A stretch of 62,429 bases of DNA, counting the filler. It is 8 parts of 8 records of this genome, joined end to end, with 100 filler letters (N's around TTAATTAATTAA, not from the genome) between each part and the next. Parts side by side here need not be neighbours in the genome. Positions count along the whole stretch, not along the records: positions 1 to 5,292 come from SRR31147125_33178; positions 5,393 to 12,894 come from SRR31147125_33179; 6 more parts are not named here. One strand, written 5' to 3'. The stretch's first letter is position 1; each line of letters opens with the position of its first letter. A program made the position numbers and the translations under genes. Below, piece after piece: positions 1-9,949 of this stretch. Below the pieces are notes generated by a model that saw only the letters and a program-made list of their open reading frames with translations, was not told the origin of the DNA and searched no databases.

Positions 1-27
1 TCTGACAGGGTTTGAAACCCTGTCAGA
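1..27. repeat. REP-like perfect palindrome at contig start
   Basis: TCTGACAGGGTTT-G-AAACCCTGTCAGA, 13-bp perfect inverted repeat. Confidence 0.75.
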
Positions 28-38
28 GATATAAATAG

Positions 39-371
39 TTAATGCAATTCAAAAACCTTCTCCATTTTCACCCATTCCAGTTTATGGCCGGGAACGGCTT
101 GTATGAAGTTATTCATTAATTCGCCCCATTCGGTTTGGCGTGGATATTTGCCAATTTCATTCCAACATTTTTCGAAATCTTTTCCATCTTCCAATTCGCA
201 AATCATGAACATGCGATTGTCGACCAGGTAAATATCCATTACCTCTATTCCGGCTGCCTTTATGCCATCGTTAATTTCTTTCCAGTGGTGTTCAGGAGAA
301 TGATAGTACTTGTATTTCCCGATTAACTCAGAATTATCTTTCAGGTCTAAGGTTAGGCAAATTCGTTGCAT
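39..371 (-). CDS. L-rhamnose/L-fucose mutarotase family protein (RhaM/YiiL-like)
   Basis: 110 aa; LDLKD..LI..Y..YH...WKEI..GIK.AGI..MDIY pattern; near a GH29 fucosidase. Confidence 0.8.
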   Translation of the reverse strand: MQRICLTLDLKDNSELIGKYKYYHSPEHHWKEINDGIKAAGIEVMDIYLVDNRMFMICELEDGKDFEKCWNEIGKYPRQTEWGELMNNFIQAVPGHKLEWVKMEKVFELH

Positions 372-546
372 TTGATTTTATGATTTTATGAATTCCAAAC
401 CACGAACCAATTTTAAAATGGTTTTGTTGATTTAGGAAATTCACGATATAAACTTTTGTAAAAATAGCCATTTGTTTTACAATTGGAGGTAGAGAAAAGA
501 TACAAATTAAGGGGTAAAATTATTGAATGGATGCGTTATTAAGACA

Positions 547-894
547 TTACTTAACCAGACTCTCAATACTTATTTTGAATTTTAGCAAACTGCCGTTTAT
601 AATTTGCCAGACTTCTTCCGCGTCAATTCCAAATTAGTTATGTTCAATTATATTTCTAAATCCTTTCACATTGAACCAATCAATTTCCTTTTCAGTTTCT
701 TTAATAATTTTATCTGAAAGCTTTTCTACCATTTCTCCAATCACAATAAAATTCATCATTGTAGCATCAAAAGAAATCGAATCTTCATAAAAATCATCTG
801 CATTGTTAAACTTTTCCGAATAGTATTCAATCTTACGAATTGATTCAAGCATATTCATTAGACAACCAAAATCCTTATGTGAAATATTATGCAT
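547..894 (-). pseudogene. hepT: HepT-like (DUF86/HEPN) RNase toxin with in-frame TAA at 634-636
   Basis: Start ATG 894 overlaps the end of the MNT gene; VIGE and GFRNIIEHN (Rx4H) motifs; after the stop the frame continues FGIDAEEVWQII...LVK to a stop at 547. Confidence 0.8.
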
Positions 895-1186
895 AGATAG
901 CTTCTGAAAGAATTTGTTGTTTAAAAAATGGTTTAATATACTTTTCCCTGCAAATATCAACAGGCAGGTCAAACCGGGCCTGTATTTCACTCTTTAGCCT
1001 TTGTTTTACAGAATACAAATCTGGAGTGTTGTCCTCAAATTCAACAATTAAATCAATATCACTTTTATCATTTTGTTCTCCTCTGGCAATAGAACCAAAT
1101 ATTCCAATTTTCACCAAATGATATTCTTTTTGCAACCTCGTTTTATTAGATGACAGGAATAATAATATTTGATTTGAGTCGACCAT
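887..1186 (-). CDS. mntA: Minimal nucleotidyltransferase (MNT) antitoxin
   Basis: 99 aa; IFGSIARGE..SDIDLIVEF (GSx10DxD) motif; directly upstream of a HEPN gene. Confidence 0.9.
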   Translation of the reverse strand: MVDSNQILLFLSSNKTRLQKEYHLVKIGIFGSIARGEQNDKSDIDLIVEFEDNTPDLYSVKQRLKSEIQARFDLPVDICREKYIKPFFKQQILSEAIYA

Positions 1187-1262
1187 TTTTCTATTGATTT
1201 ATTCAAATATACAATTTTCTGTTAAAACGAAATATTGGGAAACAATATGGAAACTTTGTCTA

Positions 1263-1294
1263 TTCACCCGGTGAGCTAAAAGTCAACGGGTGAA
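1263..1294. repeat. Imperfect REP-like hairpin
   Basis: TTCACCCG...CGGGTGAA arms with partially paired interior. Confidence 0.5.
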
Positions 1295-1315
1295 GGTAAG
1301 TGTAAACCTATAAAC

Positions 1316-1364
1316 CAAAAAAACCGTTCCTTATACAAACGGTATAGAAGGAACGGTTCTTTTA
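1316..1364. terminator. Intrinsic terminator downstream of the fucosidase
   Basis: AACCGTTCCTT...AAGGAACGGTT stem flanked by an A-tract and a T-tract. Confidence 0.7.
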
Positions 1365-1381
1365 TATGAAAAAAAGTTCTT

Positions 1382-2806
1382 TTAATTTGGTTTGCCAACC
1401 TCTAATTCGTTTATAACTGCTTTGCCTCCGTTGGCCTCTAAAATTTCGAGTTTTAAGAAACGCAATTCTGCCGGCCCGAAACCAATGCTTGTATAACCTC
1501 CGCTGCGAAATTCTGTAACATTCGAAACTCGTTTAAACATGCGGTCGTCGGTTCCTCTAAAAAGGCGGTATTTTAACACGTTTCCTTCTTCCAAAGCACG
1601 TTCTGGTCGTGGCTTGCAGTTGTGTTTATTTACAATGGTAAGCACGCCAACATTTTGTTGTACACTTCCCAAATCAATTAAAATAGTTTGCGGTAATCCG
1701 GCATCTGCTTCCCAGTCGTTGTAGTTGCCACCCTGTACTTTTCTTTCATCGTATAAATTGGCTGCATCTCCGCTGCTTGCTGTTGCATTCTTAATCGGTA
1801 GAGTTTCCCATATTTGCGGTCCCTGGTCAGGCAAAATTGCACGCGTTGTATCCAGGCTCCATTTCTGCCCTATTTCGGCTAACATATTTATATAAATATC
1901 GTCGAGCAAACCATCGCGGTTAGGCATGCAGTTCAGCATAAAATTGCAGTATCGGCTTTCGCATTTTGTAAGTTTATCCACCACCACATCAACTCCATCG
2001 TCGGCTTTCATTCCATCGGGAGTAAGTTCGCTCCAAAACCAGCCGTTTCCTTTTACACTGCAATGTCCCAGCGCCGAAGCCATAATATTTTCTTCGGGTG
2101 GGAATGCTCCAAATGGCCCTTCGAAATACGGAATTTCCATGTGGTAAGGCGCCTGTAAATGGGTGTGGTCGGTAATTAAACAGTTGGGTTGTAGCTCGCG
2201 AATCAAATCACGAATTTCTTTGTACGGAATATCTTTATGCCCAATGCTCCAGTTCCAACTGTCCATTACAAAATATTCCACCTCGCCATAATTGGTAAGC
2301 AGTTCACGAATCTGGCCTTTAACAAACTCAACTTTTTCGGGTGTAATTTCACCCTTTTTAATACCGTGCGAATTATCGCCAATTGAATAATACAAACCAA
2401 TGCCCAAACCTTTTGCCCTGAAAGCATCGACATATTGTTTTACAATGTCTTTTTTGTAAGGTGTTGAAGCCACATCGTAATCGGTATATTCGCTATCCCA
2501 CAAACAAAAACCTTCGTGGTGTTTTGTGGTAAGCAATCCATAAGTCATTCCGGCTGAAAGTGCTGCGTCGGCCCACTGGTTACAATCGAGTTTTTGTGGA
2601 TTAAACGAATCAATCGGGTAATCGGCCTCGCCCCATTTTGCGCCATACGACATAATGTTGTAGCAAATAAACATTCCGAAACGCTGCTCGATAAACTGCT
2701 CTTTTAAGGTTTGAAGTTTATTCTTTTCTTGTTTTTGCTCGGGAGCCGAACAACTAATAAGATTTATTACCAAAATTAATACGGCAATAATTTTCAATTT
2801 TTGCAT
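1382..2806 (-). CDS. Alpha-L-fucosidase (GH29), lipoprotein with C-terminal F5/8-type (CBM32-like) domain
   Basis: RFGMFI, FNPQKLDCNQWA, LTTKHHEGFCLWDS, GLYYS, ELLTNYG motifs; lipobox LISC; start moved to ATG 2806. Confidence 0.9.
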   Translation of the reverse strand: MQKLKIIAVLILVINLISCSAPEQKQEKNKLQTLKEQFIEQRFGMFICYNIMSYGAKWGEADYPIDSFNPQKLDCNQWADAALSAGMTYGLLTTKHHEGFCLWDSEYTDYDVASTPYKKDIVKQYVDAFRAKGLGIGLYYSIGDNSHGIKKGEITPEKVEFVKGQIRELLTNYGEVEYFVMDSWNWSIGHKDIPYKEIRDLIRELQPNCLITDHTHLQAPYHMEIPYFEGPFGAFPPEENIMASALGHCSVKGNGWFWSELTPDGMKADDGVDVVVDKLTKCESRYCNFMLNCMPNRDGLLDDIYINMLAEIGQKWSLDTTRAILPDQGPQIWETLPIKNATASSGDAANLYDERKVQGGNYNDWEADAGLPQTILIDLGSVQQNVGVLTIVNKHNCKPRPERALEEGNVLKYRLFRGTDDRMFKRVSNVTEFRSGGYTSIGFGPAELRFLKLEILEANGGKAVINELEVGKPN

Positions 2807-3029
2807 TGCTTGTTGAATTTGATTTTTCAATAAAACTCAAAATTACAAATTTCCTCAAACTCTGAATTGGATAAATGAAGTTTTGAGTTGTATAATCTTA
2901 TTACTGTATAATTCCTTTACACACAGATATAGAAATGTCATTTTAGATGTTACAACAAATATTTTCGTTCGGGAGAACCAATCAGCTTTAATCAAGATTC
3001 TTCGCCGAACGATTTTTTCCATTTCTGTA

Positions 3030-3172
3030 CCCCAGCGCTAAGTGCCTTCGCTTTGCTCTGCCACATGCACTGGGCTTTTACATGTCGCCCACTTTGGGGC
3101 TCTAGAATAAGCACCAAAGGTGCGTGAGCAATTAACCCGGGGCAAGTGACTGAAAGGAGCGTCGCCCTGGGA
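3030..3172. repeat. Two oppositely oriented REP-class elements (BIME/REPIN-like)
   Basis: Minus strand AGCCCCAAAGTGGGCG...GCCCAGTGC...GCGCTGGG and plus strand AGCACCAAAGGTGCG...CCCGGGGC...GCCCTGGG share a two-hairpin layout; GC-rich in an AT-rich gap. Confidence 0.5.
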
Positions 3173-3335
3173 TATGAAATAAGGATCAAAAAGGCGCAAC
3201 CAGACCCGTCATTAAAAATACAAATATTCCTTGCGCCGCATCTTTCCCATTAATTAGAAAGAATACTTATTAAATATTTGTGTGTATAGCTTCTGCGAAA
3301 AGGAGGTAAAACATTCGCACTCTGGTGTTATTCTT

Positions 3336-3371
3336 AAGTGCTAAGGAGTTTAAAAAAACTCCTTAGCACTT
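3336..3371. repeat. 16-bp perfect inverted repeat (REP-like or terminator)
   Basis: AAGTGCTAAGGAGTTT-AAAA-AAACTCCTTAGCACTT downstream of the glycosidase gene. Confidence 0.7.
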
Positions 3372-3418
3372 TATACCTTACAAATTATGTCAGCACTCAA
3401 ATCAACAGGTGTAATTTG

Positions 3419-5065
3419 CTACTTCACTGACATTCTTCCTTCTAAAACAACATTCTTTTGATTTGGATGAACGATAGTAACTCTTACATCAACCAATTCA
3501 TTTTTCGATGCCAGACAATCGCCTTGAATTTTAACTGTGGCTTTTTCAAAAGGTTTCAGTGCTGGTATTTTCGCAGTTCCCAGTTTTCGCCATCTGCGTG
3601 GTTTGTATTCAATTGTAACTTCGGCGTTTTCAGAAATACTTTGTCCGAAGTTTTGTATTTCAATTTCCGCAACGCCAGTTTCTCCAAACTTTTCAATTTT
3701 TGGCATTCGCGACGAAAGTGCAGGTTCTAAATAATCGAGCCAAGGCAAACGCGCGTATCCAAATAATAATTTTCCATCCGATGTTTTTCCGAGAAGTTTG
3801 GCAGCGAAATTTTCATCTGTTATACCGTTTCCTTCGCCTTCAAAAATCAATATCAAATCTTTACCGTCTTTTTCGGTCTCAACAACTTTACATCCGCGTC
3901 CAAAATTTACTTCTTCCGATACTCCAAAACGCAGCGACTCAATATCCATATCTTTTTTAGGATTAAAACCTTCTTCTGCTTTAACTTTTACCCGAATCTG
4001 TTTTGTTTCAGGGGTAATTTCATCTTTATCAAGAATAGTAATTAAACGCCCAACAGTTAAAGGAATTCCCAGGTTTTTCGAGCTATGATTATCGCTGCCC
4101 AAATCGAAATGTTTTAAAGTGTCGATTACAGCAAAATTGGCTTGTGTTGCCCGCCCGTATTCATCCTGAAACATTTTAATACGTTCGAACTTAAACCAGT
4201 CTTCTTTGGTGCCATCTTCGTACACCACCAATCCGGGAATATAAGCTTCGCCGGGCTCCAGTTTCCAACTAATGCCATCCTTCGAGCGCATGTAATAGGC
4301 AATTCGTCCGTACCAGTCGTGCACAATCATGTGGTACTGAATATTTGTTTTCCAGATTACCGGATCTTCATATCTTCCGTCATAAGGCGGGTAAACACGC
4401 TCGGGCGTAACTAAATGCCATGTAGATTGGCCGTCTTTACTGAACCAAATGCTACCACCGCGGCACATCATAATGTACGAGCCATCTTCGCGCTGGGCAA
4501 AAGTAAGGTTCGAAAGTCCATCGGGAATTTTGCGGTCGCGGGCATCAAATTCAAATTTGCGATACTCCCACGGGCCGTTAATATTATCAGAATAGTAATA
4601 TCCACCGATTACATAAACAATGTAACCGCCATCTTTTATTTTGTATGTTTCAGGGTTGTGTCCTTTTCCAATCTCCTGAACAACAGAAAATGGTCCAAAG
4701 CTATTATCGGCAACGGCATGAACAACTGTTGAGCGCGACCATTCCATGTGTCCTTTTTCAGCACTCTCGGCCCAACGACAAACGAATAAATGAAATTTAC
4801 CATCGTCGCCTTTCAGGATATTTCCACCCCAGTACGACCACTCTTTTTCTTCAATTCCGTTGTCAATGTATCGTTCAATAACTTCGGCGGTTCCCCACTC
4901 TCCTTTTGTTAATTTTCCAATAGCAGGAATCGGTTGAAATCTGTCGAGAAACCGAGTTCCTTCAGCTAAATTTGCCCATTCGGCAGGACGTTCGCGTTCG
5001 GTTATTTGCGCGTTTAATTGTATTGTTAATACAGCAAGTAAAATGATAGTGAAAATTTGTTTCAT
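3419..5065 (-). CDS. Secreted five-bladed beta-propeller glycoside hydrolase (GH43-like clan) with C-terminal Ig/CARDB-like domain
   Basis: Signal peptide from ATG 5065; WSYWGG, DDGKFHLFVCRW, GHNP, YEDPVIW, SKDGISW, KFERI motifs. Confidence 0.75.
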   Translation of the reverse strand: MKQIFTIILLAVLTIQLNAQITERERPAEWANLAEGTRFLDRFQPIPAIGKLTKGEWGTAEVIERYIDNGIEEKEWSYWGGNILKGDDGKFHLFVCRWAESAEKGHMEWSRSTVVHAVADNSFGPFSVVQEIGKGHNPETYKIKDGGYIVYVIGGYYYSDNINGPWEYRKFEFDARDRKIPDGLSNLTFAQREDGSYIMMCRGGSIWFSKDGQSTWHLVTPERVYPPYDGRYEDPVIWKTNIQYHMIVHDWYGRIAYYMRSKDGISWKLEPGEAYIPGLVVYEDGTKEDWFKFERIKMFQDEYGRATQANFAVIDTLKHFDLGSDNHSSKNLGIPLTVGRLITILDKDEITPETKQIRVKVKAEEGFNPKKDMDIESLRFGVSEEVNFGRGCKVVETEKDGKDLILIFEGEGNGITDENFAAKLLGKTSDGKLLFGYARLPWLDYLEPALSSRMPKIEKFGETGVAEIEIQNFGQSISENAEVTIEYKPRRWRKLGTAKIPALKPFEKATVKIQGDCLASKNELVDVRVTIVHPNQKNVVLEGRMSVK

Positions 5066-5265
5066 TCGTTTAAGATTGTTTAGTTTCAGCGGTAACTCAT
5101 GTAACTCGCTTTTAATCACTCTTCTGTCTGGCAAATTCTGAGATGCTCGTTTCATTCTGATTTAGGTTATTTTTATTTTTCATCAAAGATTAGAAAAAAC
5201 AGTTTTACAGAAGTATCCTATCGTACATTTTTTGTATTTATTTATACGAAATATTGCCACCAACC

Positions 5266-5292
5266 GTCGGCGTCGCTCAAAGCGACACCGAC
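5266..5292. repeat. REP-like palindrome at contig end
   Basis: GTCGGCGTCGCT-CAA-AGCGACACCGAC, one mismatch. Confidence 0.65.
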
Positions 5293-5392
5293 NNNNNNNN
5301 NNNNNNNNNNNNNNNNNNNNNNNNNNNNNNNNNNNNTTAATTAATTAANNNNNNNNNNNNNNNNNNNNNNNNNNNNNNNNNNNNNNNNNNNN
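5293..5392. other. Artificial contig linker
   Basis: 44 N + TTAATTAATTAA (stops in all frames) + 44 N. Confidence 0.99.
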
Positions 5393-6109
5393 TGGGTCGC
5401 TCGCTACAATGGACCGGGGAATGGGTGGGATAGTGCAGAGGCCATTGCCGTTGACGGCTTTGGCAATGTCTATGTGACGGGAAATTACGCCACGGTCAAA
5501 TACAACTCATTTGGAATTCAAGAGTGGGTTAGAGGTGATGCTGCAAAGGCCATAGTTGTTGACAGCTCTGGTAATGTCTATGTGACGGGAGAGAGTGAAG
5601 GTCCAGGGATGGAGCAGAAGGATTATGCTACCATAAAATACAACTCATCTGGGGTCCAGGAGTGGATCGCTCGCTACAATGGGCCAGAGAATGGGTGGGA
5701 TATTGCAGAGGCCATTGCTGTTGACGGCTCGGGCAATGTCTATGTGACGGGATATAGCGAGGGCTTCTTGCCGTGGTCCATTTACACCACAATTAAGTAC
5801 GTTCAGGCTTCGGTTTTAGTCAGAGAGGAAAAGCCTGACATACCAATCGTCTATTGGTTCGCTCAGAACTATCCCAATCCCTTCAACGCATCGACAACAA
5901 TTCAGTATGCGTTACCCAAGTCTGGCTATGTAACGCTGAAAATGTTCAATATTTCAGGACAAGAAATTGAAACGCTTGTGAGCGGCAAACAGTTAGCTGG
6001 AGAATATGAGATACAATGGAATCCCGGTAATCTACCAAGTGGATTGTATGTTTATCGCTTACAGGCCGGCGAATTTGTAAAATCAAAGAAACTTGTCTTG
6101 CTGAAATAA
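5393..6109 (+). CDS. SBBP beta-propeller repeat protein with C-terminal secretion-system (T9SS type A-like) sorting domain, 5'-truncated
   Basis: Repeats WxARYNGP.NGWD.AEAIAVD..GNVYVTG; tail AQNYPNPFNASTTIQY...SGLYVYRLQAG..KKLVLLK; frame open from the contig edge. Confidence 0.88.
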   Translation, partial: WVARYNGPGNGWDSAEAIAVDGFGNVYVTGNYATVKYNSFGIQEWVRGDAAKAIVVDSSGNVYVTGESEGPGMEQKDYATIKYNSSGVQEWIARYNGPENGWDIAEAIAVDGSGNVYVTGYSEGFLPWSIYTTIKYVQASVLVREEKPDIPIVYWFAQNYPNPFNASTTIQYALPKSGYVTLKMFNISGQEIETLVSGKQLAGEYEIQWNPGNLPSGLYVYRLQAGEFVKSKKLVLLK

Positions 6110-6888
6110 GGAAAATATTATTACATGTTTGATAAACAGTGTTAAATAATATGTTATCAGTATATTAACCTTACATCAACCTGAACCTGACTGCATTGCT
6201 CTGTGCGATCTACAAAATACTTATTGTTAGTTACGTTTTGTATTTTCTATAAGTTATTGATTTTTAATATTGGCAGTAGATAATTCTTAACGATAAATTG
6301 AGCATGAATCCTTGCATGAATTACATCTCGATAAAATTGCGAAAAAAGTGCAACAATTAACGTATTATAGTAACAGGAGAAATAAAACATTTTATTCAGC
6401 TGTTGAAACCTATTCAAGTAGATTCCAGTGACTGCCTTTTCGGCACAGTAACTGGGAATTTGATTTTATCTTTGCAAATATTGTTGATTAATAAAGTTAA
6501 ACGGGATTGAAATATCTCTATTTTCCAATCTATATAAAAACAGTATGTACATAATTAGTGTAACTGAAATAATTAATTAATGATCCGGAGTACTTGCGGT
6601 TTAAAGTGTTATTTGAAATTTCTTTTAGACAAGAAGGTTCAAAACATTAGCATAGGAAGTGAGGGGATCATAAAATAGTAAAATAAAAAGATAATTTAAT
6701 GCTTAACCTTGAGTTGTACCTTTGATTTCAGAGATTAATCCTTACCTATTCAAATCTATTTTCCCTAGTGAACCAACCACGTTTTACCTGATACCATTAG
6801 AGTATCAGCTATCTTAAATATTAATGTCTATTCCTGCATATCATCAGGATGTCAGTCAATATGGATTTTTGCCTGACACCCTGTTTTT

Positions 6889-9886
6889 TTATTCCCCAAT
6901 AAATCCAAAATAGCGACCCATCCAGTAGCCAAGCAACCAGGACGCACCGTCATCCTCGTAGCGACCGTCTCCCCCCATCCGGGTAATAGGGATTGCCATT
7001 CCACTTGGCCCAGTTGCGTTCATCCGCAGGCAACACTTTTAATAACTGCGGACGACCGAATCGACTGAGTCCTGGTGAAAAAATGATATCCGACCTGTAA
7101 CTATTAACCATCTTCCATTGTCGCCGATCCGTTGGAGTTTGCCTGAGATCAGTAACAGCGGCTTTAATATCGACAAAATCTGGATCGATGGTGGCGGCAG
7201 CAAAATAGAAAAAACTGGAGCCATCGTTCCAGAGGATTTTATAAAAACGCCGAACAGCCTGTTGCAGTGCCAAACGCACTTTTGGATCCTGTTCCAGTTG
7301 CAGCAATGGGAAAAGGGCACAAAATCCCAACTGATTATCAGAATGATTGTTCTCATCCGGAAAGACCTTTTTTTGCAGCAGTACATTACCCAGGTATCCG
7401 TGCTCACAAATCAGATAGTCGTAATGTTTTTTATACTTTGGATCACCTGTTATGTAAAATGAGACCTTTAAAAACGTTAGTATTTGCGCCGCATTCAATC
7501 CATTTTCAATATAGTGCTCCGGATCTCCGTTAAGATTCTCCGGATTCCAGAATCCCCACCGTGTGCGTTCACCATCCCAATCAATGAGCTGATAATTATT
7601 ATCCACAATATAATCCATCACAGTGGTGATCTGTTTTTTAATCAAGGCATATTCCTGCGGATCAAATCTGGCAATGTGCTGCCAATAAGCGTAAAACGCG
7701 AAAAAATGGCCATCAATCTCATCACTGGAGGTATCGCTTTTCCACAGCATTTTTCCATCCAGGGTAGCACGCCACTGCTCACTTTTTGTGTCTCTTTCAG
7801 CAAACGGCACCACACTGCGGGCAACAAGTCCGGGAATACCGGAGGCGTTTTGCAGCATAACAAGAGCATGCATGCCTTTTTTAGCGGATTCGAGATAAGC
7901 CTTGTTCCCTGTCGCACCGTAGGCCATGGACATGGCTACCACATGATAGGACGTCCACAGGCCGTCATTATCATTATCACCTATGGTGTGAGAGGTTGGA
8001 TTTTCAGCATCATCCAGTATACAGGCAGCCACAAGTCCAAGACGACGGTGCCATTTATTTAGCCGATCTTCGATAATAGCCGCCTTTTGTGCCAGGGTTT
8101 GGGACACAGCCTCGATTTTGCTGATCCCAGACGCCGTTTTAAAATAGGCTGGCATGCCGTTCGGAGCTAATACGATATCCGAAATGTTATCGTTTATCAG
8201 GTATCGTTTTCCAGCACGATAGAACCATTGCCGGCCCTGTTCGTATGGTTTATACAGAATGGCACCCTGTGGTGTACCGATCCAGATCCTGTCGTTGCCG
8301 TCAATGGCTAAAGTCGTTATATTTTCAACAGGCAGACCCTGTTTGCCCTGAATAGAACTCCAGGAACCATCGGCTTTCACCAGACTCAGACCCAAAGGCG
8401 TTCCAATCCAGAGTGAGCCTTTTGAGTCCAGAACCAGATCTGTAATTTCTGTTGCCAAAGGCCCGTTTACGCCATAGCTATCATAACGTACTGCATTTTT
8501 CGATTTTGGTTTAACACTGTATAATCCTTTTTTTGTACCAATCCATTGGGATCCCTGTCTTTCAACCATGGCTGTCACCTGGTCGGCTGGAATTTTGGGA
8601 TCAAACTTTAATCGGGAGATATTCGGCTTGGGTGCAAAAAGGGATTGTATTTCTTTTTCCTCTTCAGGTGTCATTTTGCCCCGAACATGCTCAATAAAGG
8701 GATCATCTGCCACCGGACAATAATGTGTCGCATTGGTCATCAACGCGAGATCATCTTCGGAATCCAGTGCAGGTACAACATTGGGCAAGGTGAACTCTTT
8801 AGATACAAGCGCGTTCTGCAAAATCCAGTCTTCGTTAACAGTGACATGCTTTATACCACCTTGTGGTCTGCTGTAGGTCATGTGAATGTAACCATCTTTT
8901 GTCTGAATCAGGGCAGGATAGGAACTGTACTCCATGCCCTTTTCAACTGTCCTTTGTATCATCCATGATTTTGTGTCATCTGTGGAAAGCCATAAATCGA
9001 GCTGTTTTCTGCTCCCATCCGGATTTGGATTCAGCGCCATCACCGCGTTCCCACTTTTCAGAGACAGCAGATCCAGTGCGGCATCGGCATTGGGGACCTC
9101 TATTTCTACTGGATTTGTCCAGTGCATTCCGGCATCAGTCGATACACTTTGCCAGGTCTTTTTATTCTCACATCCGCTACGCATATAACAAAGTAAAGTG
9201 CCATCTTTTAGCTGCAACAAGGCTGGCTCGATATTGCCCTTGTGAAAAGCCAGACCGCAGTCAATCCGCTCGGACATGTGCCAGTTTTGGCCGTTATCAT
9301 TTGATATCAAAATCCGGCTGGACCAGTCGCGTTCGTCATGAATGGGAAGTAATATGGTTCCATCACTCAATTGCAGCGGTTTATTGCGGGTCAAATAGCC
9401 GAGCCCGTCAATAAGAATTCGCTCAGTTGACCAGCTTTGCCCGCCATCCGAACTGGTGATGGCTTTGACTTTACAGGTGGTCCATCCTGTTCCCTGTTTT
9501 GTCGGGCCTTCACCACTGCCATACATGGTTTGATAAAAGAGCCATAAAACATTTTTGTTATCCAGGAACAGCACCGGATTGCCTTCTGATTTTCCCGGCG
9601 TATCCACAATCACTCTGGCTTTTGACCATTTGGTGGCATTTTTCTTTAATCTGCTGCTATAAATTGCCACGTCATCGCCTTTTTCCCGGGAGCCACCATA
9701 CCAGGCGCACAGGAGCGATCCATCTGTCAGCTCGACGATGGTAGAGCCATGAGAAAATTTAATTTTCCCTCCGGGGAGCGATACAGATAATGCTTTAAAA
9801 TAGGGCGCAGCTGCCACTACATGACCACTCAATAACAAACTCGCAAGAAGTGCTAAGATGAAATTTTGGATTATATTTATCTTCAT
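6889..9886 (-). CDS. Secreted multidomain protein: BNR/Asp-box sialidase-like propeller + regulator-propeller repeats + uncharacterised helical domain; frameshift at C6 run 6971-6976
   Basis: Asp boxes SSDGGQSW, SNDNGQNW, STDAGMHW, STDDTKSW; LWIGT/IWIGT repeats; shifted frame continues DGRYEDDGASWLLGYWMGRYFGFIGE to a stop at 6889. Confidence 0.75.
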
Positions 9887-9949
9887 TTCAAAAATACTCC
9901 CTGATAACAAATAGATGCACATTCACTAATTGTATTTCTCTTTACAAAT

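Noticed and set aside
5337-5348. TTAATTAATTAA recurring seven times as a possible biological repeat
   Set aside because: Always centred in 44+44 N; an artificial all-frame stop linker. ORFs running into it (ending ...LIN) are artefacts.
6166-6296. Degenerate attC-like site after the SBBP gene (TAAC...AACCTGACTGC...GCAGTAG...AACGATA)
   Set aside because: Arms pair poorly, the GTT core is missing, and there is no integrase or second cassette.
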